Positions 19,796 to 29,911 of a DNA stretch of 51,695 bases are shown piece after piece; the first letter of the stretch is position 1; each line of letters starts with the position of its first letter. Source of the stretch: an uncultured delta proteobacterium (GTDB taxonomy: Bacteria > Myxococcota > Myxococcia > Myxococcales > 40CM-4-68-19); assembly GCA_903911145.1 (NCBI GenBank), contig CAIWCD010000006.1, positions 1 through 51,695 of the forward strand. The letters run 5' to 3'. The position numbers and the translations under genes are program-made. The notes below the pieces were generated by a model. The model worked only from the letters and a program-made list of their open reading frames with translations. It searched no databases and had not been told where the DNA came from.

Positions 19796-21775
19796 CTAGT
19801 AGGGAACCTCCGCCTCGGCGCAGATCTTCTCGAGGAAAGCATCGAGCGTCAGCAGCCCCAGCTCGGCCTCCTTGCCCGTCCCGTGCTTGCGCGGCGAAAC
19901 GCCCTTCGCCTCGACCTCCTTGTCGCCGATGACGAGCGCATAGGGGATCTTCGCCAACTGCGCGTCGCGGATCATCGCGCCCAGCTTGCCCTGCGAGACG
20001 TCAACCTCGACGCGAAGACCCTTCTTGAGCATCGCGGCCTGCACCTCGCGCGCCCAGGCGTGGTGCCGCTCCGCGACGGGGAGAATGCGCGCCTGCTCGG
20101 GGGCGAGCCAGACCGGGAAGTTGCCCGCGAAGTGCTCGATGAGGATGCCAATGAAACGCTCGAACGAGCCATAGATCGCGCGGTGGATCACGACCGGCTT
20201 ATGCTCGGAGTTATCGCTCCCGATATAAGCGAGTTCGAACCGCTCGGGCGCGACGTAATCGAGCTGGATGGTGCCGAGTTGCCACTTGCGCCCGATGCTA
20301 TCGGCCACATCGAAGTCGATCTTCGGGCCATAGAACGCGCCGTCGCCGGGCTTGAGTTCATACGCAAGCCCCGTCTCCTCTAATGCCGCCTTTAATGCCC
20401 CTTCCGCGCGATCCCAGAGGGCGTCGTCGCCGATCTTCGTCGCCGGCCGCGTGGCGAACTTGGCAGTAAAGGTTAATCCGAAGGCGGAATAGACCTTCGA
20501 GATCATCGCGGCGAGCTTCTTCACCTCTTCGGTGATCTGCGATTCCATCAGATAGATATGCGCGTCGTCCTGCTGGAACTGCCGCACGCGGGTTAATCCC
20601 GAGAGCACGCCAGTCGCCTCATTGCGATGCAGCACGTCCTGCGTATGGAGCCTTAACGGCAGCTCGCGATAGGACTTCTTCTTCATCTGATAGAAGAGAT
20701 GGTGCGAAGGACAGTTCATCGGCTTGAGCGAGAACGTCGCGCGCTCCTCAGCCGGCAGCGTCTCATCCGCCTCCGGGTCCAACACGAGGAACATATTCTC
20801 GCGATACTTGCCCCAGTGGCCACTCTTCTCCCAGAGCAGCTTATTAAACAGCAGCGGGGTTTTAATCTCGACATAACCATTGGCCAGGCACATCCGACGC
20901 ATCGCGTACTGCAGCGTCGTGTAGATCATCGTGCCATTGGCAGTCCAGAAGACCGCCCCGGGCGCAGCCGGATGGAAGGCAAAGAGGTCGAGCTCCTTGC
21001 CAAGCTTGCGATGGTCCCGCTTGCGCGCCTCCTCCTGCAGATTCGTCCAGGCGTCGAGATCCTTCTGATTAAAAAAGGCGGTGCCATAGATGCGCTGCAG
21101 CTGCGCATTGCGGTGATCACCGCGCCAATAAGCGCCGGCGACAGAGAGGAGTTTAATCACGCCGACGCGGCCTGTCGAAGGCCCGTGCGGACCTAAGCAG
21201 AAATCAACCCAATCGCCGTGCGAATAGAGCGTGAGCGTCTTGGCGCCCTTCGAGAAGATATCCTCGATGATCTCCAGCTTGAACTTCTCGCCCATCTTCC
21301 CGAACAACTCGAGGGCCTCTTCGCGCGTGACCTCTTTGCGCACGAACGGATGATCCTTGCGGACCTCCTCATTGGCGGCCTTTTCAATCGCCTCGAGATC
21401 CTCCGGAGTAAACGGCTTCTCGCGGAAGAAGTCGTAATAGAAACCCTCGTCAGTGGTCGGGCCGATCGTAACCTGCGTACCCGGAAAAAGGCGCTGCACA
21501 ACGCTCGCGACGATATGCGCAGCGTCGTGCCGGACGAGGTCGAGACCTTCGGGATTCTTGCTCGTGAAGATGGCGAGCTTCCCCGACTGCGTGAGTGCGC
21601 GGGAGAGATCGATCTCAGCCCCATCGAACTTCGCGAAGAGCGCGGCCTTGGCGAGGCCAACGCCGATCTGCGTGCGCACAAAGTCCGCCACGGTCGTGCC
21701 CGCAGCGACGCTCTTCTGCGCTCCATCGGGTAGCGTGATGGTGACTTCGGCGGCGGAGGCGGCAGACTCGCTCAT
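19796..21775 (-). CDS. thrS: Threonine-tRNA ligase
   Basis: TGS N-terminus [62 protein letters not shown]. Confidence 0.98.
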   Translation of the reverse strand: MSESAASAAEVTITLPDGAQKSVAAGTTVADFVRTQIGVGLAKAALFAKFDGAEIDLSRALTQSGKLAIFTSKNPEGLDLVRHDAAHIVASVVQRLFPGTQVTIGPTTDEGFYYDFFREKPFTPEDLEAIEKAANEEVRKDHPFVRKEVTREEALELFGKMGEKFKLEIIEDIFSKGAKTLTLYSHGDWVDFCLGPHGPSTGRVGVIKLLSVAGAYWRGDHRNAQLQRIYGTAFFNQKDLDAWTNLQEEARKRDHRKLGKELDLFAFHPAAPGAVFWTANGTMIYTTLQYAMRRMCLANGYVEIKTPLLFNKLLWEKSGHWGKYRENMFLVLDPEADETLPAEERATFSLKPMNCPSHHLFYQMKKKSYRELPLRLHTQDVLHRNEATGVLSGLTRVRQFQQDDAHIYLMESQITEEVKKLAAMISKVYSAFGLTFTAKFATRPATKIGDDALWDRAEGALKAALEETGLAYELKPGDGAFYGPKIDFDVADSIGRKWQLGTIQLDYVAPERFELAYIGSDNSEHKPVVIHRAIYGSFERFIGILIEHFAGNFPVWLAPEQARILPVAERHHAWAREVQAAMLKKGLRVEVDVSQGKLGAMIRDAQLAKIPYALVIGDKEVEAKGVSPRKHGTGKEAELGLLTLDAFLEKICAEAEVPY

Positions 21776-21925
21776 GGCTTCGTCGTTCCTCAAATCGCGC
21801 TCCCCAATCGGAGCGGGCGCGGGAAGATACAACAACTCGGATCGCGCGCTGCACGATGTTGTTGACGAAGTTCTTGACGAGGGTGCGGGTTCCAACCTAG
21901 AAGCCCTCCGCTGCAACGGAGCATT

Positions 21926-22000
21926 GGGCGCGTAGCTCAGTGGTAGAGCACTGCCTTGACACGGCAGTGGTCGCAGGTTCGAACCCTGCCGCGCCCACCA
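21926..22000 (+). tRNA. tRNA-Val(GAC)
   Basis: Acceptor stem GGGCGCG/CGCGCCC, anticodon arm CTGCC-TTGACAC-GGCAG, T loop TTCGAAC and encoded CCA. Confidence 0.97.
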
Positions 22001-23316
22001 ATTTTATCCCCCGACAAACCGGTAGTTACAGACTCTCCATCGGGCTCATGCGTGCAGTTTTTCGCGTCGTGCAGCAAGAATGCAGCAAGCGGCGCGGCAG
22101 GCACCGGCGCATGCGCATCGACCGCGGCGCGCAGGTCCTCGACCAGCAGGTGCGCATAGGTCCCAGTAGTGACCCGCACATCGCTATGCCGCATTAGCCG
22201 TTGGACACGGTGAACGTCGACGCCGCAGCGGAGCATCTCGGTCGCGTACAAGTGCCGCAGGTCGTGAAAGCGCATTGGCAGCGGCACAGCTTTGGCCCAG
22301 AGCATTCGCCCGCGCGTCTCTTTCGCAGGCTTACCGAGCCCGTTGGTGCGCTTCACGCATTTCGGACAGAAACGCTGCTCGCGATCCTGATGTTGCTCGC
22401 TGTGCTTGCACCAGCGGCAGCGGTGATCCCATGCCGAGGCGATGCCGGCTCGTGCGAGCGCCCTGCGCAAGACCTTCTGCGGCTGGATATCGCGCCCGCG
22501 CTGGGAGCCATCTGGCGCAGGAAAGAGCAGCGGGCCTGGGGCGTTCTCGATCTGATGCTTGATCCAAGGCAACAGCGCTGCCGGAAGGGGAAGCAAAGCC
22601 GCTGCGCTGGTCTTGGTCGTATCGCGAAGGTGCGAGCGCGCAATGGTCAGCGTCGCCCGCTCGAGGTCAACGTCGCTCTTCCTCAACGCGTATAGCTCGC
22701 CTTTGCGCAGCCCCAGCGCAGGCCCGCACGCGAAGAGCGGTCGCCACTCCTCGGGGATGTGCTCGAGCATGCGCGCCATCTGCTCTGGCGTGAGCGTTAC
22801 ATAGACGCGCTTGGGGACCTTGCGCGGCTCGGTGGCGGTGAGAGGATTCTCGCCGATCCAGCGCCCGGCCCTGCGCGCCTTGGCGAAGACGACATGCAAC
22901 ACGCTGCGGACCTTGTTGACGCTCGCAGGCGCAGCGCCGGCCTTCTCGACGGAATGTAGAAGCCCATCGAGATCGACGTGGCGAAGGCGAGGCAGAGTGA
23001 TGGCACCGATCTTCGCGTCCAGGACGTGCTTCTTCAGGCGCCGCGTCTCGATTTCGCGGCTCGGTTCCGGGCAGCGCTCTGCAAGCCACCAGCGGCAGAG
23101 ATCGGCGAGAGTACCGGAGAGATCCTCTTGCGCCGGATCGAGCCCGGCGGTCTGGCGCAGCTTCGCGCGCCGAGCGGACTGCTCCTGCAGCTGGAGCTCG
23201 GCGATGAGCCCTTTGGCCTCCATCCGCGAATGCGCCTCGGTCGCGCGCTGGGTCCAACCCTCCGGCCCGCGCCAACGCACGTACCAGGTGCCGTTGCGAT
23301 CAAAGATGCTCGCCAT
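21937..23316 (-). CDS. Tyrosine integrase (integrated-state allele ending inside tRNA-Val)
   Basis: [34 protein letters not shown]. Confidence 0.95.
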   Translation of the reverse strand: MASIFDRNGTWYVRWRGPEGWTQRATEAHSRMEAKGLIAELQLQEQSARRAKLRQTAGLDPAQEDLSGTLADLCRWWLAERCPEPSREIETRRLKKHVLDAKIGAITLPRLRHVDLDGLLHSVEKAGAAPASVNKVRSVLHVVFAKARRAGRWIGENPLTATEPRKVPKRVYVTLTPEQMARMLEHIPEEWRPLFACGPALGLRKGELYALRKSDVDLERATLTIARSHLRDTTKTSAAALLPLPAALLPWIKHQIENAPGPLLFPAPDGSQRGRDIQPQKVLRRALARAGIASAWDHRCRWCKHSEQHQDREQRFCPKCVKRTNGLGKPAKETRGRMLWAKAVPLPMRFHDLRHLYATEMLRCGVDVHRVQRLMRHSDVRVTTGTYAHLLVEDLRAAVDAHAPVPAAPLAAFLLHDAKNCTHEPDGESVTTGLSGDKIGGRGRVRTCDHCRVKAVLYH

Positions 23317-23317
23317 C

Positions 23318-23623
23318 TCATCTCCCGCCGCGCGTGATCGAGATCGCGCCGGGCCGCATTCGCGTCACTCCACTCGCAAACGCGTAGAGATCGGCCGGCA
23401 CGAACCGCAGGCCCCAACCAAGGCCCACCGCGCGAGGCAGCACGCCGCTCTCGGCGGCTTTGTAGACCCACGAGACGGAGCGCGAAAGAAACGCCGCAGC
23501 CTGATGCACCGTCCAGAGCCGATCGGGCGGGAGCGACATTCGCGTGCGGGGACCTGCTGCTTCGCCAGTACCGGCCTCGATACCGCCTGGCGTGGGGGCT
23601 GGCTGTTCGTTCGCGTCGCTCAT
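23318..23623 (-). CDS. Excisionase-like HTH protein
   Basis: RLWTVHQAAAFLSRSVSWVYKAAESGVLP...LRF; homologous to 12114-12389 in sequence and position. Confidence 0.85.
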   Translation of the reverse strand: MSDANEQPAPTPGGIEAGTGEAAGPRTRMSLPPDRLWTVHQAAAFLSRSVSWVYKAAESGVLPRAVGLGWGLRFVPADLYAFASGVTRMRPGAISITRGGR

Positions 23624-23637
23624 TGCTGCCTCTTGGA

Positions 23638-23850
23638 CTACTTCTTCTTGGGGAGTTGCGGGAGCGGACCGTGCTCGCGCTCGACCTGCTCGAGGCCGCG
23701 CACGATCAGCATACGGACCACTGTGCTCAGCTTCGCGTTGAGCCCAGGGTCGCGCTCGTTGAGAAAGTGCAGGTACCGGTCGAGCTTGTTCGTCGTCGCG
23801 AGATCTACGCGCGCGCTCACGACAGAGAATTCTGTGTTTGGTGTTTGCAT
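23638..23850 (-). CDS. Small RHH-like regulator
   Basis: VVSARVDLATTNKLDRY...LSTVVRMLIVRGLE; same position as 11767-12117 in element 1. Confidence 0.65.
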   Translation of the reverse strand: MQTPNTEFSVVSARVDLATTNKLDRYLHFLNERDPGLNAKLSTVVRMLIVRGLEQVEREHGPLPQLPKKK

Positions 23851-23984
23851 GTTGGATCCTGTTTTGACGATAATTGTATACAAGCACGATACCGTCACGC
23901 ACGTCAAAGTGATTCATCGCTCCATACGTCTGTTTGTGCGAGATCGATCTCAGCGATGTCTTGAGTTCCTCGCCAGCGAAGCCA

Positions 23985-24089
23985 GTGTGCTTCGTGGTGT
24001 CCTCGCTGGTGTGATCTCAGGTGTAGCAAGCGGTGTGGTGGACAGGAGACACCACGAAGCACACCGCCGATCACACTACGAAGCACACT
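23985..24089. repeat. 17-bp perfect inverted repeat plus a third degenerate copy
   Basis: GTGTGCTTCGTGGTGTC (23985-24001) and GACACCACGAAGCACAC (24048-24064); ACACTACGAAGCACAC at 24073. Confidence 0.8.
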
Positions 24090-24168
24090 CGGTCGCGCGG
24101 AAGTATCCGGCGTTGCTCGAACTGCCGACCATGCCTGCCCCCCGACTCTCCGCCCGACTGGCGCCTGC

Positions 24169-24223
24169 GGTTGATCCTGACCCCTCCCTCTCAACGACGG
24201 AGATGGAGGGGTCAGGATCAACC
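24169..24223. promoter_or_regulatory. 24-bp-stem inverted repeat, candidate origin/nick site
   Basis: Arms 24169-24192 and 24200-24223 pair at 23/24; loop AACGACG. Confidence 0.75.
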
Positions 24224-24254
24224 TGGGAGTGAGAAATCAGAATCGGGGGCAGGC

Positions 24255-24569
24255 ATGGCAATTGGGAGGAAGCAGAAGAAAGAGGTGGTGAATAGAGATG
24301 TTTATGTAGGCGGCACTTAAGATGCAGAACAGTATAAGTAAGGGAAAGTAAAGATTGTGTTTTTTTTAAGACAATTAAAACGAAGAAAAAGCGAAGGGAC
24401 AAGACGAAGAGGCGGGGCCGAATCAGGAATCGGAACGAGGACCGCGCGAGACTGGGAATTGGTCGGGCACGCGGAATTAATGAAGTACGTGAGGGAGAGA
24501 CAGTTGCAGCGGTTGGTGTTCGCGTCACCGGTGTTGGCGACGAGTCGGAAGAAGAGAACAGGAGGGTGA
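24255..24569 (+). pseudogene. Degenerate 5' remnant of a replication-relaxation gene
   Basis: One frame with two internal TAA stops, then TARDWELVGHAELMKYVRERQLQRLVF, which matches TDRDRELCGFLAVCRYLTREQIERLMF of element 1. Confidence 0.6.
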
Positions 24570-24628
24570 CATGTTGCGGAGAGGGGCGGGGAGAGAAACC
24601 AAGCCATCGGGAACAGCGCGTTTTGAGC

Positions 24629-26200
24629 CTATAGGGACTTTCCGTGATCCGCGGGCAGTTCCAAAATAATCAGATCACCTTCCCTACGGACCGTGCCGAG
24701 CGAGGTCAGACATGAGGCGGCTTTGTCGCGTTCTTCGGTTGTAGTGACCACTGACAGCTTTGTGGTTGATCCTTTTTCGGCTCGAGCAACTTCCGATAAC
24801 GCGAACTTCGCGACGCCAGCTTCGGCGAGACGCCCAGCGCTATCGGCGACGAGCTTTGTATCGCGTTTGATCGCATCTATTTCATTTAGGATCGCCTCGG
24901 TGTTTTGCTTGGCGCTCATCAACTCATCCAAGAAGTGACCAGTGCCTTTGTCCACATAGGCCTGCTCAACCCGGGCGTGAGCGTCCTCGAGGCGATGCCA
25001 CTCCCTGAAGTTGAGCCACCAAGTTTGAGGCCGTGTGGCCGGCATCGGGCGCACTCCAATATCATTAAAAACGGAAACATGAGAAATTGGCGCGCGTGCA
25101 ACACCCACGCAGCTTGCAACATCACAAGTAAACGCGTCCAGGGCGATCAGTAGTGGCCTTTGAGACGCGATGCTCTCTGCAATAGCGGTGGGCGGCGACG
25201 TGGCACTGCGAAATAGCACCTCCGGGTTCGAGGACGGTTGGGGCGTCGCGCTCAAGTCCTTGCCACCTAACGAGGTGACTGATCGAATGAGGTCGTCAGC
25301 GTTCCGCGACGCTGGAAGCTGCTCGTTCGCGCGCGTCAGAATGCTCCGCAGTTTTGCAAGATCGCCCTCAAATGCCGCCCTGTTTTGTGCGACCTGCTTA
25401 AGCCGGTGCTCGTGGTCTTCCTGCTTCCGCAATTCGAGACGAACTTCGGCGGCTTCCTGTTCCGCGCGATTGAATACAGCAGATGCAGTGAGTGCAAACA
25501 CAACTGAAATTGAAACTGGGATTATCCAAGCCTTAACCGAAAATCCGGTTACAGGTTTCGTGGGTTGGATGGCGGCAACACGAGCATCGGCGGTCAATGC
25601 TTCGCGGAAGAAGCGGAGTTGGATCACCACGATATTTAACAGCAGAGGTACCGTTGTGCTGAGGAGCAGTAGGAAATGCCTTCCATTGAGGACACAGCCT
25701 CGCGCGGATATGCTCGATGTCAGCACCGCGATCACGATGAACACGGATACCGCGCACGCGACAGAGATAAACCTCGTTCGTGCGACACGACTAGGATCTG
25801 GCCGTCCAAGAGAATCGACGAGGAGTATCAGCCAAGAAATGGCTATAGTGGCGCATACGACTGCGCTTGTTTGCTCCCCGAGCGTTGTGCACTGTGCTTG
25901 CATGGCCCCGCCGGCGACGTCATTACTCGCCAAACATCCTCGCTGAATCTCTTCGGCCGCAGCGCAGGTAAACACCGCCAGTAGAGCAGCATAGAAGTCC
26001 GCACGCGCGAGACGAAAAAGCAGGTTGCCGTTCCGCCAAAGCCGGCGAACTATCGCCGCGGTGATAACTGGCGCAATAAGAACAACCCCCTTCTCGAAAG
26101 AGACATGCGGAGTTGTAATCGCGGCCCCCGTCACGAGGACGCCGAGGAAGAGAGGAATCGCGAGAACCGAAATCGATGTCCAGTAGGCGACGCGTCGCAT
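24629..26200 (-). CDS. Hypothetical multi-pass membrane protein (element cargo)
   Basis: 523-aa ORF with about seven hydrophobic segments followed by a soluble coiled-coil region; visibly lower GC than the core genes. Confidence 0.7.
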   Translation of the reverse strand: MRRVAYWTSISVLAIPLFLGVLVTGAAITTPHVSFEKGVVLIAPVITAAIVRRLWRNGNLLFRLARADFYAALLAVFTCAAAEEIQRGCLASNDVAGGAMQAQCTTLGEQTSAVVCATIAISWLILLVDSLGRPDPSRVARTRFISVACAVSVFIVIAVLTSSISARGCVLNGRHFLLLLSTTVPLLLNIVVIQLRFFREALTADARVAAIQPTKPVTGFSVKAWIIPVSISVVFALTASAVFNRAEQEAAEVRLELRKQEDHEHRLKQVAQNRAAFEGDLAKLRSILTRANEQLPASRNADDLIRSVTSLGGKDLSATPQPSSNPEVLFRSATSPPTAIAESIASQRPLLIALDAFTCDVASCVGVARAPISHVSVFNDIGVRPMPATRPQTWWLNFREWHRLEDAHARVEQAYVDKGTGHFLDELMSAKQNTEAILNEIDAIKRDTKLVADSAGRLAEAGVAKFALSEVARAEKGSTTKLSVVTTTEERDKAASCLTSLGTVRREGDLIILELPADHGKSL

Positions 26201-26474
26201 TCGACACCCTTACCATTTCCTGTTCCCGGGCATCCCTGGAACGACATTCCATCTCATCGCGTCGTGACGATAGCCGCTTTTGTGCGTCGCGTAGCGGCAT
26301 CGACGCAGCGGGTGCAAATCCCGTCCGGGTAAGTCATCGAAGCGCCCGGCAGCATGCCCTGCGCTTGCGTCAGTATGCCGGGCCAACATTATGCGGCGAC
26401 AGACGAACCGTCGGCCCCCTTCTCTCCGCGAAACCTGAGTGCTAGAATGGGACAAACGTAACACGAGGCTCCCC

Positions 26475-26738
26475 ATGCCCAAGACCGTCGAGACTTATCG
26501 GACCACCAAGGCGCTGCGCGAGCTCGTGCGACGCGCGGCCAAGATGGAAAGCAAGCGGCCGTCCGAGTTTCTCCGCGAGGCCGCTGAGGAAAAGGCGAAG
26601 GCCGTGTTGGCAGCAGCGGCGCGCGAGGAGCTGCGCGCAATGCTCGCCAAGCTACCGCCAGGTCGCGCTGCAACCAACAAGGCGGCAGAGCACCTCGGGG
26701 AAGAGGCGGCACGAGCGGCTCGGAACGCGCGCAAGTGA
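26475..26738 (+). CDS. Putative RHH antitoxin
   Basis: ELVRRAAKMESKRPSEFLREAAEEKA; GTGA overlap with the PIN gene. Confidence 0.72.
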   Translation: MPKTVETYRTTKALRELVRRAAKMESKRPSEFLREAAEEKAKAVLAAAAREELRAMLAKLPPGRAATNKAAEHLGEEAARAARNARK

Positions 26739-27169
26739 GGATCGTCCTCGACTCCTCCGTGGTGGTGGCCGCGCTGACCACGCCCAACACTGCTTCTGCC
26801 TCGCGGGTCGTCCTCGCCGCGGCAGCCGCCGGAGCTATACAGTTTGTCATCACCGACGAGATCGAGGCCGAGTACCGCCGCGCCGTCGAGTATCAAAGAG
26901 TGGCGCGCTACGCGGCGAAGGTCGATCGCCAAGCCTTCGTGTCTATGATTGTCGCCACAGCGGACCGCGTGAAAGCAGAGCCAGCAATCGGCGTCGTTCC
27001 CGACGATCCCGGCGACGACATGGTCATGGGCGCGGCCTTCGCTGGGCGGGTCGAGTTCGTGGTGAGCCTCGATCAGCACCTGCTTCGTCTGAAGAAGCTC
27101 CGCGGCATCGCGATCGTTAAACCAGGTGACCTCCTGCGCGAGATGCGTTTGCACCTTTTGCCAGAGTGA
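26735..27169 (+). CDS. PIN-domain (VapC-like) toxin
   Basis: MRIVLDSSVVVAAL...DDPGDDMVMGAA...VVSLDQHLL. Confidence 0.9.
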   Translation: MRIVLDSSVVVAALTTPNTASASRVVLAAAAAGAIQFVITDEIEAEYRRAVEYQRVARYAAKVDRQAFVSMIVATADRVKAEPAIGVVPDDPGDDMVMGAAFAGRVEFVVSLDQHLLRLKKLRGIAIVKPGDLLREMRLHLLPE

Positions 27170-27199
27170 ATTCGGGCAGCGCGCAACTGGCGCAATGCC

Positions 27200-27560
27200 T
27201 CATCGAGCGCCGCCGCGCAGCCGCGCAACGTACGCGGCCAGTTCATCGAGCGAGACCCGAATGGCAGCGCCAACGCGCACGTGCCCCAGCTCACCGCGTT
27301 CGCAGAGGCGGTAGACAATTGGCGTGCTTACGCCAAGCCTGCGAGCGACTTCGCGAACTCCAAGCAACGTCAGACCGAACGTTGGAGGGAACCTGCCTCC
27401 ACTGCCTTTTTCGTGCAGCAAATTTGCAGCAAGAGGCCCTCCAACCCCTGCTAAATCCTGCCGATCCGAGCCAATCGAGGCTTTGCGCTCATGCAGCAAG
27501 GCACTGTGATTTCCAGTGCTTGCCAGCGGTGATGAAATACTGCTATCGCTTTGGACGGGT
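27200..27560 (-). CDS. Detached 3' segment of the element-2 integrase gene, ending in an excisionase-like HTH
   Basis: In frame with the integrase across the att core; ends LLGVREVARRLGVSTPIVYRLCERGELGHVRVGAAIRVSLDEL. Confidence 0.85.
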
Positions 27561-27606
27561 TTGACACGGCAGTGGTCGCAGGTTCGAACCCTGCCGCGCC
27601 CACCAA
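27561..27606 (+). repeat. att site: duplicated 3' half of tRNA-Val
   Basis: Exact 46-bp copy of 21956-22001, starting in the anticodon loop. Confidence 0.96.
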
Positions 27607-27879
27607 CTATCCCCTCATAATGCGAGCAGATACGGGATCCAGTTCGGACCTTCGCGTTCGCGCGGGTGGCGCTGCAAGTCGCCTGCAAGTCGCCACCGGG
27701 ACATCGGCTGCCTCGAGAGGATCAGGCTGATGCGCCCACGAGGCGCTCATGGAGCGTTCGCGACCGTTGCCGCCGACCGCTTCAGACTCGCCGAAACAGC
27801 TCCGCGGCATCGACATCGAATGCAGCGCAGATGCGCTCGATCGTCCGTAGCGCCCGCCGACATCGAGGTGATCGGCGCT

Positions 27880-28010
27880 GCGAAGCTGCCCGTCTTCCGC
27901 CTGCGACAACTCGAGCAGCGCATATACGAGCGCATCGACGCGGTCGCGCGAGTTCGCATCGCCCGGTTCCCATGAAGACAACGGCTCGTCGAGATGTGCC
28001 AGCGGCGGCT
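27880..28010 (-). pseudogene. Probable phage terminase large-subunit C-terminal remnant
   Basis: LDEPLSSWEPGDANSRDRVDALVYALLEL resembles the terminase C-terminal 'SPDRxDALVWA' motif; no full ORF is present. Confidence 0.45.
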
Positions 28011-28188
28011 CGCACCACTCCAGCGGCGAGACGCGCAAAACGCGGCCTGGGCTGCGCGCAGCGATTCGCGAACCTGATTGGCTGCCGCGGTGGCGAGCGG
28101 ATGCAGCGCGGCCGGATCGAACGAGCTCGGGTGCTGATCCGTGGCGAGCGGCGCCAGTGCGATCAAGTGGCGATCCGGGTCTGACAAC

Positions 28189-28743
28189 TCAATTGCCGCG
28201 CTGATCACTCGCGTCGTCAGGCGCGGCGATTTGCGTCGCTCGTCGTCGCGCGGAGACGCCGACGAGCAACGCTCCAAGCGCCAGAATCCGCCAAGTGCAA
28301 TGTACGGTCAGGGCCCGGTGTTGGTCCGTCCCGATATTGACCCCAACTATCGTCGCAATGTTCAGGAGCAGCGACAACGCCTGCACCACTGCAAGACAAC
28401 CGACGGACGCATTCGACGGACGCGCCCAGAGCCACGAGACGGACACCAACAAGAGCGCGATGTCGATCGCGACCGGCGCCCACTGGCCCGAGATGATCGC
28501 CGCCGCCACGAACCAGGCCAGGTGGCCAAGAGTGATGGCGATGGCCCCACGGTATGCCTTGGGTCCACCGAGCTTCGTGAATACGAAGGCGAGCAGCAAT
28601 GTCACGGCGGCGGGAATCCAAAGCGCTGAGCCGACGTAGCGCGAGAAGATCCACGCAGCCCCCGCAGAAGCGACCCCAAGCAAAGAGGAAGAAGGACTCG
28701 CTTTGGTCCCTGATGCGAACACGATTCGCTCCGTATTCTCCAA
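28189..28743 (-). CDS. Hypothetical membrane protein
   Basis: 184 aa with five to six hydrophobic helices. Confidence 0.7.
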   Translation of the reverse strand: MENTERIVFASGTKASPSSSLLGVASAGAAWIFSRYVGSALWIPAAVTLLLAFVFTKLGGPKAYRGAIAITLGHLAWFVAAAIISGQWAPVAIDIALLLVSVSWLWARPSNASVGCLAVVQALSLLLNIATIVGVNIGTDQHRALTVHCTWRILALGALLVGVSARRRATQIAAPDDASDQRGN

Positions 28744-28975
28744 AATGGGCTCAACTTGGCCATCGCGTGCGGCAATGACAACGCGAGTGGCAACCTATCA
28801 CTCCCCTCCGCACCTCGGCCGGACTCACCGTTTCTTGAGTGCCGCACTCGTCTCGATCTCACCGAGTGCTGCATCCGCGTTCGTGAACGCGATACCGTGG
28901 ACGCCAGAGTGGCAGCGAAGGAGCCCGCGTCGAAATCCCGTTGACGTCGAACTACCTCCGCCGATAGTGAACCAC

Positions 28976-29407
28976 GTGGCTCACTATTCGCTCGACGCTG
29001 CCTTCGGGGCGATTTCGGACGCCACGCGACGCTGCGTTCTTGAACAACTTGGACGCTCGGACGCGTCGATCAGCGAGCTTGCCGAGAAGTTCCACATGAC
29101 CCTCACGGGCATGAAGAAGCACGTCGTCGTCCTTGAGCAGGCGGGCCTCGTCACGACGGAGAAGGTCGGGCGCGTGCGCACCTGCAAGCTCGGGAAGCGC
29201 CAACTTGGAGCAGAACGCGCGTGGATCGAGCGGTACCGCAGGCTGTGGAACGCGCGCTTCGGCGCGCTGGACGCGGAGACAAACAACGTTCGAGCGCGGC
29301 GCATTGTCAATCGCGGTAGGGACACCGCGGGAAACAGTCAAGCGCTGTCCGCGCCCCGCGGGCTCGAGCTGAAACGGAATTTCCGATCGGCAGGCGACCT
29401 CACATAG
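28976..29407 (+). CDS. ArsR/SmtB-family transcriptional regulator
   Basis: LDAAFGAISDATRR...SISELA...KKHVVVLEQAGLV...GRVRTC; TTGACG at 28941 and palindrome GTGAACCAC/GTGGCTCAC over the start. Confidence 0.85.
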   Translation: MAHYSLDAAFGAISDATRRCVLEQLGRSDASISELAEKFHMTLTGMKKHVVVLEQAGLVTTEKVGRVRTCKLGKRQLGAERAWIERYRRLWNARFGALDAETNNVRARRIVNRGRDTAGNSQALSAPRGLELKRNFRSAGDLT

Positions 29408-29416
29408 GGTTGCCGA

Positions 29417-29905
29417 ATGAAGACGACGCAGAGGATGCTCCGCAGCTGTCTTCTTGCCGCATCGCTCGTCTGCGTACTGGGCGGGAGAGGTGCAAACGCC
29501 GTGGATGATGAATCGGATCGCGATTGGATCGAGCCCGCCCCCGCTGCCTATGCCGGGCGCTATCTCCTGTTTCAAGCGGATGCGACCGATCCGGAACTCT
29601 TGATTCGCTCTGAGATCGTGCTGCATCTCGACGCCGCCAACCGGCTCTCCGCCGACTATCGCGTCGCACGAGTGAGGAAAGGCAAGGAGACCGACTCGTC
29701 TGCGTCGCCGTTGTCCGCGCTGGCGATCGCAGGAAACCATTTCGAAGCAATGGCCCCCGCGATGAAGCTCGGATGGCACGGAACTCCCGCGCACAGCATC
29801 AAGGGCCGGTTCGTGACCCGCTATCCGCCGAGCAATGCCAAGGGGCCGGTCGAGAATGGCATCCTCCTCGACGAGCGACTTTTTCTTCGCCGCCGCGACG
29901 GGTGA
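29417..29905 (+). CDS. Hypothetical secreted protein
   Basis: Signal-peptide-like N-terminus. Confidence 0.55.
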   Translation: MKTTQRMLRSCLLAASLVCVLGGRGANAVDDESDRDWIEPAPAAYAGRYLLFQADATDPELLIRSEIVLHLDAANRLSADYRVARVRKGKETDSSASPLSALAIAGNHFEAMAPAMKLGWHGTPAHSIKGRFVTRYPPSNAKGPVENGILLDERLFLRRRDG

Positions 29906-29911
29906 TTCGGA

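Larger units (their letters stand above)
21956..27606. mobile_element. Integrative element 2 (about 5.6 kb) in tRNA-Val(GAC)
   Basis: 46-bp exact direct repeats 21956-22001 and 27561-27606; integrase, HTH, regulator, hairpin, relaxase remnant and TA pair. Confidence 0.93.
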
